A stretch of DNA of 60,404 bases from a virus (Duplodnaviria; Caudoviricetes): positions 1 to 60,404 of the IMG/VR virus record IMGVR_UViG_3300030620_000112. One strand, 5' to 3'. This document shows, piece by piece, positions 1-9,298 of this stretch (its first letter is position 1; each line of letters starts with the position of its first letter). The notes beneath the pieces were generated by a model. It saw nothing but the letters and a program-made list of their open reading frames with translations, searched no databases and had not been told where the DNA came from. A program made the translations under genes and the position numbers.

Positions 1-1
1 C

Positions 2-133
2 TGGGCTCAGGTCTGGGCTCAGGTCGGGGATCAGGTCTGGGATCAGGTCAGGGGTCAGGTCAGGGATCAGGTCTGGGATCAGGTCGGGGATCAGGTCAGG
101 GATCAGGTCAGGGATCAGGTCGGGGCTCAGTGG
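2..133 (+). repeat. 12-nt tandem repeat (DGG GNT CAG GTC), ~11 units, coding [WGR][DAG]QV
   Basis: Directly visible: tgggctcaggtc, ggggatcaggtc, tgggatcaggtc, agggatcaggtc... Confidence 0.95.
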
Positions 134-802
134 CATCGAGGGCTGGTGTACGGCGAGTGGTCCGTCTACTGGTCGGCTTGGCAGACGTTCCTGCGGCACG
201 TCGGCGTCTCGCTGGCGGCAGGGCTGGCGGCGCGGGCTGACGCGCTGGCCGACACGGCCACCACGGGTGGCTGGTGGTGGGCGTGGCAGGGTCTGGTGAT
301 CGCGTGCGAACGCCACGACCGGCTCACCCGAGACAACAGCGGCCGCCTCCACAACGAACAGGGGCCTGCGGCCGGCTGGGCGGACGGCTGGGAGTTCTGG
401 TGCTGGCACGGGCTGCGTGTCCCCCGGTGGGTCGTCGAGACGCCGACCGTCGAAGCGATCCAGGCCGAACCGAACACCGAGATCCGCCGAGCGGCGATCG
501 AGTCGTACGGCTGGGACCGCTGGATCAGCCATCTCGGGCTCACCCCGATCGACGTCGCCGCCGATCCGGGCAACCCCGGACACATGCTCGAACTGTTCGA
601 GCTGCCAGACGACCAGCAGCCGTTCGATGTGCGGGTGCGGCTGCTGCTGATGCACAACGCGTCGCTGGACCGTGACGGCAGCCGACGCCGGTTCGCCGAG
701 ACGGTTCCTGCCGACATGCCGGACGCTCTGTCGGCCGCGGCTTGGCAATGGGGCGACGACATGACCCCGGATCTTTACAAGACCATGCAACGCGCAACCT
801 GA
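2..802 (+). CDS. DUF6745-like protein, 5' end outside window; N-terminal xxQV tetrapeptide repeats
   Basis: Frame is open from position 2 (WAQVWAQVGDQV...). C-terminal part has GWWW...CER...GRLHNEQGPA..WADGW...WHG and N.E.RR..IE..GW, typical of DUF6745 proteins. Confidence 0.75.
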   Translation, partial: WAQVWAQVGDQVWDQVRGQVRDQVWDQVGDQVRDQVRDQVGAQWHRGLVYGEWSVYWSAWQTFLRHVGVSLAAGLAARADALADTATTGGWWWAWQGLVIACERHDRLTRDNSGRLHNEQGPAAGWADGWEFWCWHGLRVPRWVVETPTVEAIQAEPNTEIRRAAIESYGWDRWISHLGLTPIDVAADPGNPGHMLELFELPDDQQPFDVRVRLLLMHNASLDRDGSRRRFAETVPADMPDALSAAAWQWGDDMTPDLYKTMQRAT

Positions 803-813
803 GGAGGACGCAC

Positions 814-1248
814 ATGGATTCTGCAACGATCACGTTTGATGAGGCTCTGGGCCGGCACGGCATCGGTCTGCCGGATGTCGACCTGTCGGGGGTCGAGGTG
901 CCGATGCTGACGGGGGTGCAGCGGCAGGGCGACGTGCTGATCGTCCCGGCCGGTCCGGCCCCGCCGGTGCTGCCGGACGGATGCCCGACGGTCCCCAAGC
1001 AGGGTGTGCGGGTTGTGCGGGGTGAGGCGACGGGCAACACGCACATGCTCGACGCGCTTGAAGGTCCGGTCGGCTGGCAGCCCGGCTCGGACGATCCGCT
1101 CTGCTACGGGACCGTCACGGTTCCGGAGGGTGCCGCGGCCCTGCTGGTCCACACGGACGAGCATGGCGCCAACGGGATCGGCCCGGGCGTGTACCGGCTG
1201 GTGGGCAAGCGGGAGCAGGCCGACGAGATGCGTCGGGTCGTGGACTGA
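814..1248 (+). CDS. conserved hypothetical protein, likely partner of the DUF6745-like protein
   Basis: RBS gaggagg then ATG814; motifs RQGDVLI, GEATGNTH, HTDEH, GVYR...RE. Confidence 0.7.
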   Translation: MDSATITFDEALGRHGIGLPDVDLSGVEVPMLTGVQRQGDVLIVPAGPAPPVLPDGCPTVPKQGVRVVRGEATGNTHMLDALEGPVGWQPGSDDPLCYGTVTVPEGAAALLVHTDEHGANGIGPGVYRLVGKREQADEMRRVVD

Positions 1249-1422
1249 GAACGCATAGTGAGCCGCCGCTACCGGACGTGGTCTTTGACCGACGAGGGCC
1301 GTGAGGCGCTCGTCGGTCGGGGCCTGTGCCGACGGTTGGGACGGTGGGGGTGCCGTTGCGGCCTGACGGCTGGATGCCCACCCATCTGCGTGGTCACAAC
1401 GATCGCGAGGAGAGGACCGAGA

Positions 1423-1599
1423 ATGAATCTGTCAACGATCACGATCGACCAAGACGAGGCGATCGAACAGCTGGGCCGCTACCGGCAGGCGGTCAAGGAC
1501 CACCCGGACGACACGCTGTACCGGTCGGTGGAGCGCGGACTGCGGTGGCTGGCCCGCACTGAGGTTGAGGGCCTGCTGCTTGCGGGGGAGCGGCGATGA
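1423..1599 (+). CDS. hypothetical protein
   Basis: RBS gaggagagg before ATG1423; ATGA overlap with next gene. Confidence 0.6.
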   Translation: MNLSTITIDQDEAIEQLGRYRQAVKDHPDDTLYRSVERGLRWLARTEVEGLLLAGERR

Positions 1600-1823
1600 C
1601 TGACCGGGCGAAGGCACTGCTGGTTCACCTGTCCGATGACCTGCGCCTCGGCGACGAGGTGACCGGAGCGGACCGTGTCATTGCCGCGATCGCGATGATC
1701 AAGGGCGTGGTCAAGGTCGAGCCGATGCTGGCCAACTTCGAGGACGTGATTGCACGCCAGCGGGTCGTCACCGAGTTCAAGGACCGGCTGTGGGCCGTTC
1801 TCGAAGAAGGCGGTTGGAGTTGA
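1596..1823 (+). CDS. hypothetical protein
   Basis: 4-nt overlaps on both sides. Confidence 0.65.
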   Translation: MTDRAKALLVHLSDDLRLGDEVTGADRVIAAIAMIKGVVKVEPMLANFEDVIARQRVVTEFKDRLWAVLEEGGWS

Positions 1824-2266
1824 GGACGGCAGCCCTTGCAGCCTGCGCGGTCGTGGCTCTGTCGGGAACGCCGGAGCCCAAGCCGCCCCCGACGCTGGTC
1901 GTCCAGCCGGACGTACGGGCTGTGATGGCCGCAGCCTTCGCATCCCGTCCGGTCGTGTCTGTCCGGTGGGCGGCCCCCGAGGTGTGGCTGGCAGTGGGGG
2001 CCTGCGAGTCGGGGGATTGGGTGGACGGAGTTCCACGGCCGGGCACCCACCGCTGGGACTACGGGGTCACGTTCTCGCACGGCGACATCTACGAGGGCGC
2101 GTTCAACTTCCATCCGCAGACGTGGGACGCCTATCGTGATGAGAGCATGCCGGACCATGCCGGCGAAGCGACTCCGCGAGAGCAAGTGATCGTCGCTGAG
2201 CGCGTCCTGTCGGCTCAGGGTTGGGAAGCATGGCCCACATGCAGCCGAATGCTCGGTCTGCGATGA
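1820..2266 (+). CDS. secreted resuscitation-promoting-factor (Rpf)-like lytic transglycosylase
   Basis: W..V..CESG (catalytic Glu), Y.G.FNF...TW.AY, A..AT..EQV.VAERVL..QGW.AWP.CS match the Rpf core; hydrophobic N-terminus from TTG1820 (TTGA overlap). Confidence 0.85.
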   Translation: MRTAALAACAVVALSGTPEPKPPPTLVVQPDVRAVMAAAFASRPVVSVRWAAPEVWLAVGACESGDWVDGVPRPGTHRWDYGVTFSHGDIYEGAFNFHPQTWDAYRDESMPDHAGEATPREQVIVAERVLSAQGWEAWPTCSRMLGLR

Positions 2267-2613
2267 CTGGTCAGGAGATCCTTCGTGTCGGGCTGTCGCT
2301 GCCGTGCATGGTCCCGGTCCGGCCCGGCACCCCGGACGCGACCGGTCAGGTCGGGACTGAACGCACCGAGACGTGCCGCGTGGATGCATGGTGGGTCGTC
2401 GGGCGGGCGATGATGTGCTCACACCACCTGCGGGAGGTGTTGGGCGGCGAACGGTTCGACGAGATCGTCTCAGGGCTCGAGTCGGGCCATGTGGTGACGT
2501 TGCACCCGCGCGAGACACTGCCGTGGGGCGAGCAGCACCGCTACGGGCCGGGCCACCTGCCCGAGTGGCATCCGCTGGCTTCCATCGAGAACGTCTCGGA
2601 GGAAGTACGCTAG
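2263..2613 (+). CDS. hypothetical protein
   Basis: ATGA overlap with Rpf-like gene. Confidence 0.55.
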   Translation: MTGQEILRVGLSLPCMVPVRPGTPDATGQVGTERTETCRVDAWWVVGRAMMCSHHLREVLGGERFDEIVSGLESGHVVTLHPRETLPWGEQHRYGPGHLPEWHPLASIENVSEEVR

Positions 2614-2891
2614 TTTCAGGCGAGATCGAGGAGACGGCAGTGGCAGGGGACAGGCGGCGAATCACCGCGGATGTTGACAAGGCTGATCACGAGCGCCTCA
2701 AGGACGTCGTCTACGCCGCACAGCGCCGAGGTCATGCGCGGGTCACGGTGACGTCGGCAACAGGGTTGGGTATCCGTCTGGCGGCCGAGCATCTCGCCTG
2801 CAAGATCGGGTTCGACAGTCTCGATGACGTCCCGAAACGACGAGGGTCGATCAAACAAGGACGCCCCCCCAACGAGGATCAGGACGGCTGA
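2614..2891 (+). CDS. possible small DNA-binding protein (ribbon-helix-helix-like); start uncertain
   Basis: 3' part of ORF 2373..2891 (RRRITADVD...HERLKD...GSIKQGRPP) looks protein-like; no clear start codon. Confidence 0.35.
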
Positions 2892-3026
2892 CACGGCGCT
2901 CAGGTCGCCCACACGGCGACTTTCCGCCCCAGCCCTCCCTCTAACCCTTCCGGCTGCTCCGCCGACTTGGGCGTACGATGACCAGACCCGGACGGGCAAC
3001 GGTTGCTGTCAACTTCCAAGTCCTGT

Positions 3027-3172
3027 CCGCGCGGCCCCGCGCCGAGCCCGGTACTTCCTTTCCCGGGCCGTCAACGCGGGGCCGCACCCCTCCCCGCTCA
3101 CCCGCACAACTACTTGACTTCCGATGGTGGGTCGGCTAGAATGGGACTAGACAGCAACCCGAAAGGAACACC
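3027..3172 (+). promoter_or_regulatory. GC hairpin + ACAACTAC + SigA-type promoter + leader/RBS (module copy 1)
   Basis: TTGACT 3114-3119, 17-bp spacer, TAGAAT 3137-3142; gcggccccgcg...cgcggggccgc stem upstream; gaaagga RBS. Confidence 0.8.
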
Positions 3173-3364
3173 GTGAACATGCAGAAGATCAGGGCACAGA
3201 TCGTCCACCTCGCCGCCACCCTCCCCGACGACATCAAGCGCGGCTGGGTCGACCCGGAAGCAGCCGAGTGGGCGCAGATGGCCGAGGACGCCATGAACGG
3301 CGGACAGACCGAGGACGCGATCGAGTACCTGCGCCGGATCGACGAGGTGCTGGCATGGTTGTGA
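3173..3364 (+). CDS. hypothetical protein, first gene after promoter
   Basis: Strong RBS; GTGA overlap with next gene. Confidence 0.7.
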   Translation: MNMQKIRAQIVHLAATLPDDIKRGWVDPEAAEWAQMAEDAMNGGQTEDAIEYLRRIDEVLAWL

Positions 3365-3687
3365 CCAAGCGCGCCCCCGACGATGAGGCCATGCTCGCCG
3401 CCTACCGCGATGGCCGACTTGACCTCGATGACCTCGAGTCGTTCGGGTTTCCGGTCGTGTTCTGCGAAAGTTGCGGTGAGCACCACGTTCCGCAGGATCT
3501 CACCGACGTCGAGTATGACCGAGGGCCGGCCGCACAGTTCGTTGACAGGCAGGTCGGACGCCCCTTGCGTCCGCGTGTCGTGACCCAGTCGTGGTGCGGT
3601 CGCTGCATCGAACGTGAGTATCAGGCGGCAGGGGAGAAGCCTGAGGTCGACCGTTGGTATGACGGCGAGGGGGACCCGGGATGGTGA
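3361..3687 (+). CDS. hypothetical protein with two CxxC pairs
   Basis: CESC and CGRC; 4-nt overlaps. Confidence 0.6.
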   Translation: MTKRAPDDEAMLAAYRDGRLDLDDLESFGFPVVFCESCGEHHVPQDLTDVEYDRGPAAQFVDRQVGRPLRPRVVTQSWCGRCIEREYQAAGEKPEVDRWYDGEGDPGW

Positions 3688-4013
3688 CGCCGGCGGGTGC
3701 TGACATGACAGGCCTGACGCTTGAGACTGTCCAGCGGATCGCCGCACAGATGCCGCTCGGCGTGTTCAACCGGAAGGTCAAGTGGCGCAGAAGCCGCGCG
3801 ACCCACGGCGCCTACGTCGCGTACCTCGACGGCTACAAGATCGGCACCGTGTGGCGCGACCGGGACGGAGACTGGACCGGTGCAGCGACTCCCCCCGGGA
3901 ACTCGTTCGACGCCTGCGATGACCACCACCACTGGGGTGTCTCCCGGTCGTTGGCACTGCGCGCCTCGCTCCGCGTCCAAGCATCGCAACCACAACGAAA
4001 GGAAGCGCGATGA
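3684..4013 (+). CDS. hypothetical protein
   Basis: Overlap-coupled ORF. Confidence 0.55.
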   Translation: MTPAGADMTGLTLETVQRIAAQMPLGVFNRKVKWRRSRATHGAYVAYLDGYKIGTVWRDRDGDWTGAATPPGNSFDACDDHHHWGVSRSLALRASLRVQASQPQRKEAR

Positions 4014-4528
4014 CCGAGTTCCTGACGTTCGACACGTTCGAGGAGATGCAGGAGCACCTCGCGTCGCTCGAGCAGGCAGCCAACGACCGGACCACCGACG
4101 ACCAGAAGTCGATGGAACCGCCGTGCTGGTGGATCAACCCCCAACCCGGCATCGGCCTGATCATCTTCGGGGAGTCGTGGACGCTCGACGAGGTCGACCG
4201 GCGCAACCGGGAGTCGTACGGCCATCCGCTCGACCCCGAGGAGGAAGAAGAAGCCGACTGGTCTCACCGGTCGATGACCGATTCGTACGGGCGCGGCTAC
4301 CTGTTCGGGAAGGCGTTCTCGCTGGCGTGCCCGGACGGCGAGTTGGGCTCTACCCACCGGAGCGAGATGATCGAGATCAGCCGGGAGCAGTTCGAGCATG
4401 CCCGGAGCCACGGTTGGGAGCCGGCCGCGATCGACGCCGACCGTCCGATGCATGGGGCGTTCAACGTCGACGACGACCGGAAGATCGACGGACGTTGGCT
4501 TCGAGACAAGGTGGAGGGACTGGCATGA
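4010..4528 (+). CDS. hypothetical phage protein
   Basis: RBS gaaagga; ATGA overlaps; GYLFGKAFS.ACP.GELG.TH motif. Confidence 0.7.
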   Translation: MTEFLTFDTFEEMQEHLASLEQAANDRTTDDQKSMEPPCWWINPQPGIGLIIFGESWTLDEVDRRNRESYGHPLDPEEEEEADWSHRSMTDSYGRGYLFGKAFSLACPDGELGSTHRSEMIEISREQFEHARSHGWEPAAIDADRPMHGAFNVDDDRKIDGRWLRDKVEGLA

Positions 4529-4863
4529 CCAAGACGTTGGCACGCAAGGTTTCGGACGGAGCACGGTTTCTCGACCGGGTACGGCCCGGCTGGTGGCGCA
4601 AGGTCCGCGTTCGTCGGCTCGAGATGACCAGTGGTGTCTATGAGCCGGGCCACCCGCGCTCATGTGGCTGTGTGTTGTCGCAGTTGGATGTGACAACACA
4701 CAGCGATGGTGACTACGAAGCGACGGTCGACACGATGCGTCTGACCGACCACGACGAGGACCGGCTCGGGTTCAACGTTTACGACGACGAGGCGTGGGAG
4801 GACTCGACTGAATGGAATGAGGCGTGGAGGGAGCAGGTTCGCCGCAGGAGGGCGCGGGCATGA
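4525..4863 (+). CDS. hypothetical phage protein
   Basis: ATG4525; GA.FLD...PGW...CVL.QL motif. Confidence 0.65.
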   Translation: MTKTLARKVSDGARFLDRVRPGWWRKVRVRRLEMTSGVYEPGHPRSCGCVLSQLDVTTHSDGDYEATVDTMRLTDHDEDRLGFNVYDDEAWEDSTEWNEAWREQVRRRRARA

Positions 4864-5252
4864 ATGACGGACCCGTCACCGTCGCTTTCCGGGTCGACCG
4901 GCAGAACCCGGGGCACACCTTCGCGTCGGTGTTCATCGGCAGGAACGTCGGAGCGCGAGGCCATTCCGGCCAGCTGACGATCCGCACCGACGAATGGAAC
5001 GAACTCGTCGAACGGCTGGGGCTGGACCCCGATGCCGGCCTGATCGAGATTCCGGTAGCCGCACCTGCGGAACGACGGGCGCTTGATGCGCTCCGGGAGG
5101 TGTACGACGATCTGTACCCGGTAGGCGCCCATCGTGACGATCAGTGGGGGTCTGCGTCGGACTATCTCGAGTGGATGGCTGGGATCGTTCTGAGCCTGTT
5201 TGGTCCGCGGCCGACGGATGACGGCGGCAACTACGTTCAACGCGGTCTGTGA
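4860..5252 (+). CDS. hypothetical protein
   Basis: ATGA overlap. Confidence 0.6.
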   Translation: MNDGPVTVAFRVDRQNPGHTFASVFIGRNVGARGHSGQLTIRTDEWNELVERLGLDPDAGLIEIPVAAPAERRALDALREVYDDLYPVGAHRDDQWGSASDYLEWMAGIVLSLFGPRPTDDGGNYVQRGL

Positions 5253-5493
5253 CCCGACTGAGATCGTGTGCCCGCAGTGTTTCACCGCGGCGTTGGAGGA
5301 GTGGATCGTGACCGAACTGGCGTCCCGGCCGGCACCGACCATGCCGGACAGGGAGACGCTGATTGGGCGGCTGAGGAACGGGCTGGAGGATGCGTGGGTC
5401 GAGGGCAATGAGCCGGTCAGTGAGGAGGCCATCGACACGCTGGCGGCGTACGTCATGGCCCTGCTGGTCGAACATGACTGGCGGCGATCGTGA
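5218..5493 (+). CDS. hypothetical protein
   Basis: ORF filling gap; GTGA overlap with next gene. Confidence 0.5.
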   Translation: MTAATTFNAVCDPTEIVCPQCFTAALEEWIVTELASRPAPTMPDRETLIGRLRNGLEDAWVEGNEPVSEEAIDTLAAYVMALLVEHDWRRS

Positions 5494-6239
5494 GGATTGT
5501 CGAACACGATGGCTGGCCGGGAGGCGTCTCTGACGGGTTCGCCGGCGTCTGTGCCGTCTGTGCCGTCAAGCCAGTGATCGACTACACGGTCAGCGACTTG
5601 GACTGGTTGCTCGTCCCAGAGAAGTACCGCCGCGACGTCGTGTGCCTCGGGTGCTTCTTCGAGATGGGCGGCAGGCCCAGGATGATCGAGCGCCTGATGG
5701 TGTCCACGCCGACCGAGACGCTGGAGATGGAACCAGCCCTGCTCTGGAAGTGGCGCCGCCCTGACCCGCTGGCCGAACTGGTGGCCGTGTCTGAGGAAGC
5801 CGGGCTGTACGAGAGCACGGCGGGAGCCAACCCGCTGCGCGACCAGGTGCCGCGCGGTCGCAGCACCGATGTGTTCCCAGATGTGAACGTGGACCCGGAG
5901 ACCATGCCGCCACCACTGATCCCGGAGCCTGCTTCACCGGCCTACAACCGGGACGAGTTGGTCGAGGCGTTCATCGAGGTCTACGACGAGGCCGCGCGCG
6001 TTGCGGCTCTGTCTGAACCCGTCGAGTTCCCGCGCCCCTCGTCGCTGGTCATGGCGCGTCACGCACGACTGAGGGCCGGGCTGCTTGCCACGTCGGAGCC
6101 TGCTTCACCGGCCTACGACAGGGACGAGGCGATGGCGGCAGTGCTCGACGTCTTGGAGGACGCTGACTCCCCGACGGAGCTGGTCGTGCTTGCCGAGCGC
6201 ATCGTTGACAGCCTCTGGGAAAGGTTCTCGCATGGGTAA
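5490..6239 (+). CDS. hypothetical mosaic protein with internal EPASPAY.RDE duplication
   Basis: 249-aa ORF; 23-bp exact repeat at 5923 and 6094. Confidence 0.6.
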   Translation: MRIVEHDGWPGGVSDGFAGVCAVCAVKPVIDYTVSDLDWLLVPEKYRRDVVCLGCFFEMGGRPRMIERLMVSTPTETLEMEPALLWKWRRPDPLAELVAVSEEAGLYESTAGANPLRDQVPRGRSTDVFPDVNVDPETMPPPLIPEPASPAYNRDELVEAFIEVYDEAARVAALSEPVEFPRPSSLVMARHARLRAGLLATSEPASPAYDRDEAMAAVLDVLEDADSPTELVVLAERIVDSLWERFSHG

Positions 6240-6720
6240 GCGAACCTACGCAGACATGACCTACGCCGAAATCATGCTGGGAGCGCGAGAGCGGATCTTG
6301 TCGAAGTGCTTGAATGTGGACGATCCTGATGCGTGCTGGGAGTTCACTGGCAACCGCGCGTGCTTTGGGCACGGGATGCTGTTCTTTCGTGGCGCTGCGA
6401 TGCACGCCTCAAGGGTCATGCTTGCCACATACGGCGCCCCGGTCGATGACTGCATGGTCTGTCACAGATGCGGGAATCCTCCGTGTTGCAACCCCAAGCA
6501 CCTGTACTTGGGGACCCAGCAGGACAACATGGACGACATGATCTCTCACGGCAACACGGTTGCGAAGTTGTCGAGCGAGCAGGTGCGGGCCATCCGGGAG
6601 CGGGCTGCCAGTGCCTCGAACGTCGTAGTCGCTGACGAGTTCGGGATCAGTTCGAGCCACGTCTCCAACATCGCCCTACGCAAGAACTGGGCACATGTCG
6701 AGGACTTGAACGATGCCTGA
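6232..6720 (+). CDS. HNH homing endonuclease with C-terminal HTH
   Basis: CWEFTG, VCHRCGNPPCCNPKHL..GT..DN..D, KLS.EQV..IR...A.EFGIS. Confidence 0.85.
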   Translation: MGKRTYADMTYAEIMLGARERILSKCLNVDDPDACWEFTGNRACFGHGMLFFRGAAMHASRVMLATYGAPVDDCMVCHRCGNPPCCNPKHLYLGTQQDNMDDMISHGNTVAKLSSEQVRAIRERAASASNVVVADEFGISSSHVSNIALRKNWAHVEDLNDA

Positions 6721-7522
6721 CTGCAACGACCTGACCGGAATCGTTGAGACGGTGGTTGTCCGTGACAACGACCCGGCCAAGAACGCCATGCTGAACAACC
6801 CGGCTCACTGGCGGCTGCTGCTCGTGACGGGTGGAATGCACGGTCCTGTCGAGTATGTGTTCGGTCGATTCATCACCGGGCTGGCTGCCCGGACAGCACC
6901 GGCCATGCCGGACAGAGAGCAAGTCGCTGAGGCGCTCAAGAAGGGCCATCGAGAGTGGGCGCGTGAGGATGATTCCGGTTCTCCTCAAGGGCGACAGGTC
7001 GTGGAGATTCTGGCCCTGCTCCGCAAGCATGGCTGGCAGCGTCCGGCGGAGCCGTGCCGCCACGTCAAGCCGGGACGCAATCAGTTCTATCGAATCGTGA
7101 CGGGTGACGCTTGGCCGCACCACACGGCCAACGACTCACAGAAGGTGGATGCCATTCTCGCCTTGCTGGACGACTTGCCTGTGGCTCTGTCCCGCGACGA
7201 AATGGCAGAGATCATGTTCGAGCATCACAAGATCGGCAAGGGCGCGATCAGTGACCGCACGCTGCGCATTGAAGTCGAGGGGTTGGCCGATGCACTGGTC
7301 GAGGCACAGAAAGGAGAACAGGTGAAGGGCATCGTTGACATCCTTGAAGACATGCGCCGCTACGAGATGGAGCGCGCCGAGGAGGGGATGGTTCCGTGCC
7401 CGATGGCCTGCCACGGTTTCGGGGTCTGCTCGGAGTGCCACGACACGGGCTGGGTCTACGCGCCGCTGGTTGCTGCTGCGCTGGTCGAGGCAGCCCGCAA
7501 GCAGGAGGACGAAGATGAGTGA
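6713..7522 (+). CDS. hypothetical protein
   Basis: 269-aa ORF with C-terminal Cys cluster. Confidence 0.55.
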   Translation: MPDCNDLTGIVETVVVRDNDPAKNAMLNNPAHWRLLLVTGGMHGPVEYVFGRFITGLAARTAPAMPDREQVAEALKKGHREWAREDDSGSPQGRQVVEILALLRKHGWQRPAEPCRHVKPGRNQFYRIVTGDAWPHHTANDSQKVDAILALLDDLPVALSRDEMAEIMFEHHKIGKGAISDRTLRIEVEGLADALVEAQKGEQVKGIVDILEDMRRYEMERAEEGMVPCPMACHGFGVCSECHDTGWVYAPLVAAALVEAARKQEDEDE

Positions 7523-7736
7523 GTGCGACGGCTTGTGTGTGACCGCATATGACGTGGGGGTTCTGGGATATCCGGACGCAGTCGCCTACCCGCATCCCGG
7601 CTGCCCGGTCCACGCTCCCGACCGGGTGTGCGAATGTGGCATGGCTGACCGCTGCTTGAGCCCTACACACGGTCAAGTGACGTACGACGAGGCGCTGACG
7701 ATCCGTCACTCGCAAGACCGAGGAGCACGCGAATGA
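7515..7736 (+). CDS. small Cys/His-rich hypothetical protein
   Basis: RBS ggagg; overlap-coupled. Confidence 0.55.
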   Translation: MSECDGLCVTAYDVGVLGYPDAVAYPHPGCPVHAPDRVCECGMADRCLSPTHGQVTYDEALTIRHSQDRGARE

Positions 7737-8227
7737 CTGAGCCCACACCTGACCCGACGTTGTCCGACGCCGCACTCGACGCCATTGAGGCGAGGGTGGA
7801 GGCGTGGGCACGAGGCGATTACCGAGGCAACCAACTGCCATTGGAGGACGTCCCTGCTCTCATCGCTGCTCTGCGGCAGGCCCGATCCCGTCTTGACCAC
7901 GCACAGAACCTGCCCTCAGGAGAGCATCCTTCCGAATGCATCCATGGCGAACATCCGGACGCACCGCAAGTGGTCGTCAACGTCCGGGCAGACCTGTCGC
8001 ACACCGGCCGGTCGCGCGACAAGACGATCCGGGTCGATTCCTGCATCGCTGATCTGGTCGAGAGGCTGTATCCGCTGACGGCTGCATCATGCTGTGGGCA
8101 CGGTCAGGATGTGGGTCGGATCATGCTTGATGATGGCCGCTGGCTGCTCGTGGTGTATCCGCCGATTCCTGAGATGTTTCGACCGGCAGGGGCGTGGGGG
8201 TTCAAAGGGCAGAACGACGATGACTGA
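7733..8227 (+). CDS. hypothetical protein
   Basis: VDSCIA.LV..L..T..SCCGHG motif seen in phage proteins. Confidence 0.65.
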   Translation: MTEPTPDPTLSDAALDAIEARVEAWARGDYRGNQLPLEDVPALIAALRQARSRLDHAQNLPSGEHPSECIHGEHPDAPQVVVNVRADLSHTGRSRDKTIRVDSCIADLVERLYPLTAASCCGHGQDVGRIMLDDGRWLLVVYPPIPEMFRPAGAWGFKGQNDDD

Positions 8228-8561
8228 CGTGGCGGTGTTGGAGATGGGGCTGTTGCGGATGCACTGCCCCGGTTGTGGCGAGGACCATCAGGTTCCGGTG
8301 GACACCACCAGCGGGCCGAATGATTGGACGTGGAACGGATCGCTGACCGCTCCGACGCTGACGCCCTCGATCCTCGTCCACTCGCACTGGACACTCGATG
8401 ATGCCGAGCGGAGGATCGAAACGCCCCGCTGCCACTCGTATGTCCGTGATGGGAAGTGGGAGTACCTCGGAGACTGCACTCACGAGTTCGCGGGCGAGAC
8501 ACTGGCGCTCCCTCCCATCCACCCAGAGCCCACCGACGACAAGGACACCTCTAATGACTGA
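8220..8561 (+). CDS. DUF6527-like protein
   Basis: CPGCG..H, W.WNG....PTLTPSILV, RCHSYV.DG...YL.DCTH. Confidence 0.75.
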   Translation: MTDVAVLEMGLLRMHCPGCGEDHQVPVDTTSGPNDWTWNGSLTAPTLTPSILVHSHWTLDDAERRIETPRCHSYVRDGKWEYLGDCTHEFAGETLALPPIHPEPTDDKDTSND

Positions 8562-8709
8562 GCCCACATCCGACCCGACGCTGACCGATCGGTTGCGACG
8601 CTGGGCTGATGACACGCTGATGCTGCCAGCCCATCCTGCGCAGGTCGGTCGAGTGGGCCGAGGCCGCCTCGCCTCGGAGGTGGCTGCAGAGATGAGAATG
8701 GGGGCGTGA
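8554..8709 (+). CDS. small hypothetical protein
   Basis: Starts MTEPTSDPTL, like gene 7733. Confidence 0.45.
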   Translation: MTEPTSDPTLTDRLRRWADDTLMLPAHPAQVGRVGRGRLASEVAAEMRMGA

Positions 8710-9290
8710 TCGAACAGCCGTCCCTGTTTTCTGACGACCGCCCCGACCCGGCACCTAGGATGGGGGCGGCACCGTCGGAGAGAGACCTGTTGTTCGACGC
8801 GGAGACCCACGACTGGCTGCGCCGCTACATCGCCCGGGCACCGTGGACGTTCGCCAAGACGATGCCATGGGCGCCTCACGAATACACGGTCCGGGGTCAG
8901 ACGCCACGCCGTGACTTCGAGAAGTTCGCACAGGCGATCCGCGTCCACGGCAGGCTCGGACGGTGGGGTGCCAACTACGTGCACCACTACCTTGACGTCG
9001 ACGGCCACCAGTATTGGACGATGGGCTGGCCGGTGGTTGAGACCACGATCATCAACCGGCAGGAGCTCGAGCGCAGCGACGTCCGCTGGCTCGACGACAC
9101 GTCCGAGGGCTGGGGCCGCCGCGACCGGTGGGTGATCGAGCAGTGGGCTGCCGGCACCCACCCCAAGGGGCCACCGGCCATCGCCTGCCATTCCTGTCAG
9201 GCCACCGACGGGTTCGCTGTCCAGTGGGAGGACGTCCCATGGTTCGCCTGCCGAGCCTGCGGCGTCATCGAGCGAGCCCGCTTGCCCTGA
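8706..9290 (+). CDS. hypothetical protein
   Basis: WTFAKTMP..PHEY...YWTMG.....TIINR motif; C-terminal CxxC pairs. Confidence 0.7.
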   Translation: MIEQPSLFSDDRPDPAPRMGAAPSERDLLFDAETHDWLRRYIARAPWTFAKTMPWAPHEYTVRGQTPRRDFEKFAQAIRVHGRLGRWGANYVHHYLDVDGHQYWTMGWPVVETTIINRQELERSDVRWLDDTSEGWGRRDRWVIEQWAAGTHPKGPPAIACHSCQATDGFAVQWEDVPWFACRACGVIERARLP

Positions 9291-9298
9291 TCGCAACC

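Noticed and set aside
2-133. Tandem repeats as a CRISPR array or telomere
   Set aside because: 12-nt units with no unique spacers, in frame with a protein; no cas genes seen
2892-3100. tRNA or known ncRNA in intergenic gaps (also 30066-30290, 54906-55200)
   Set aside because: No cloverleaf or T-loop consensus recognised by eye; tRNAscan/Infernal would be needed to exclude fully
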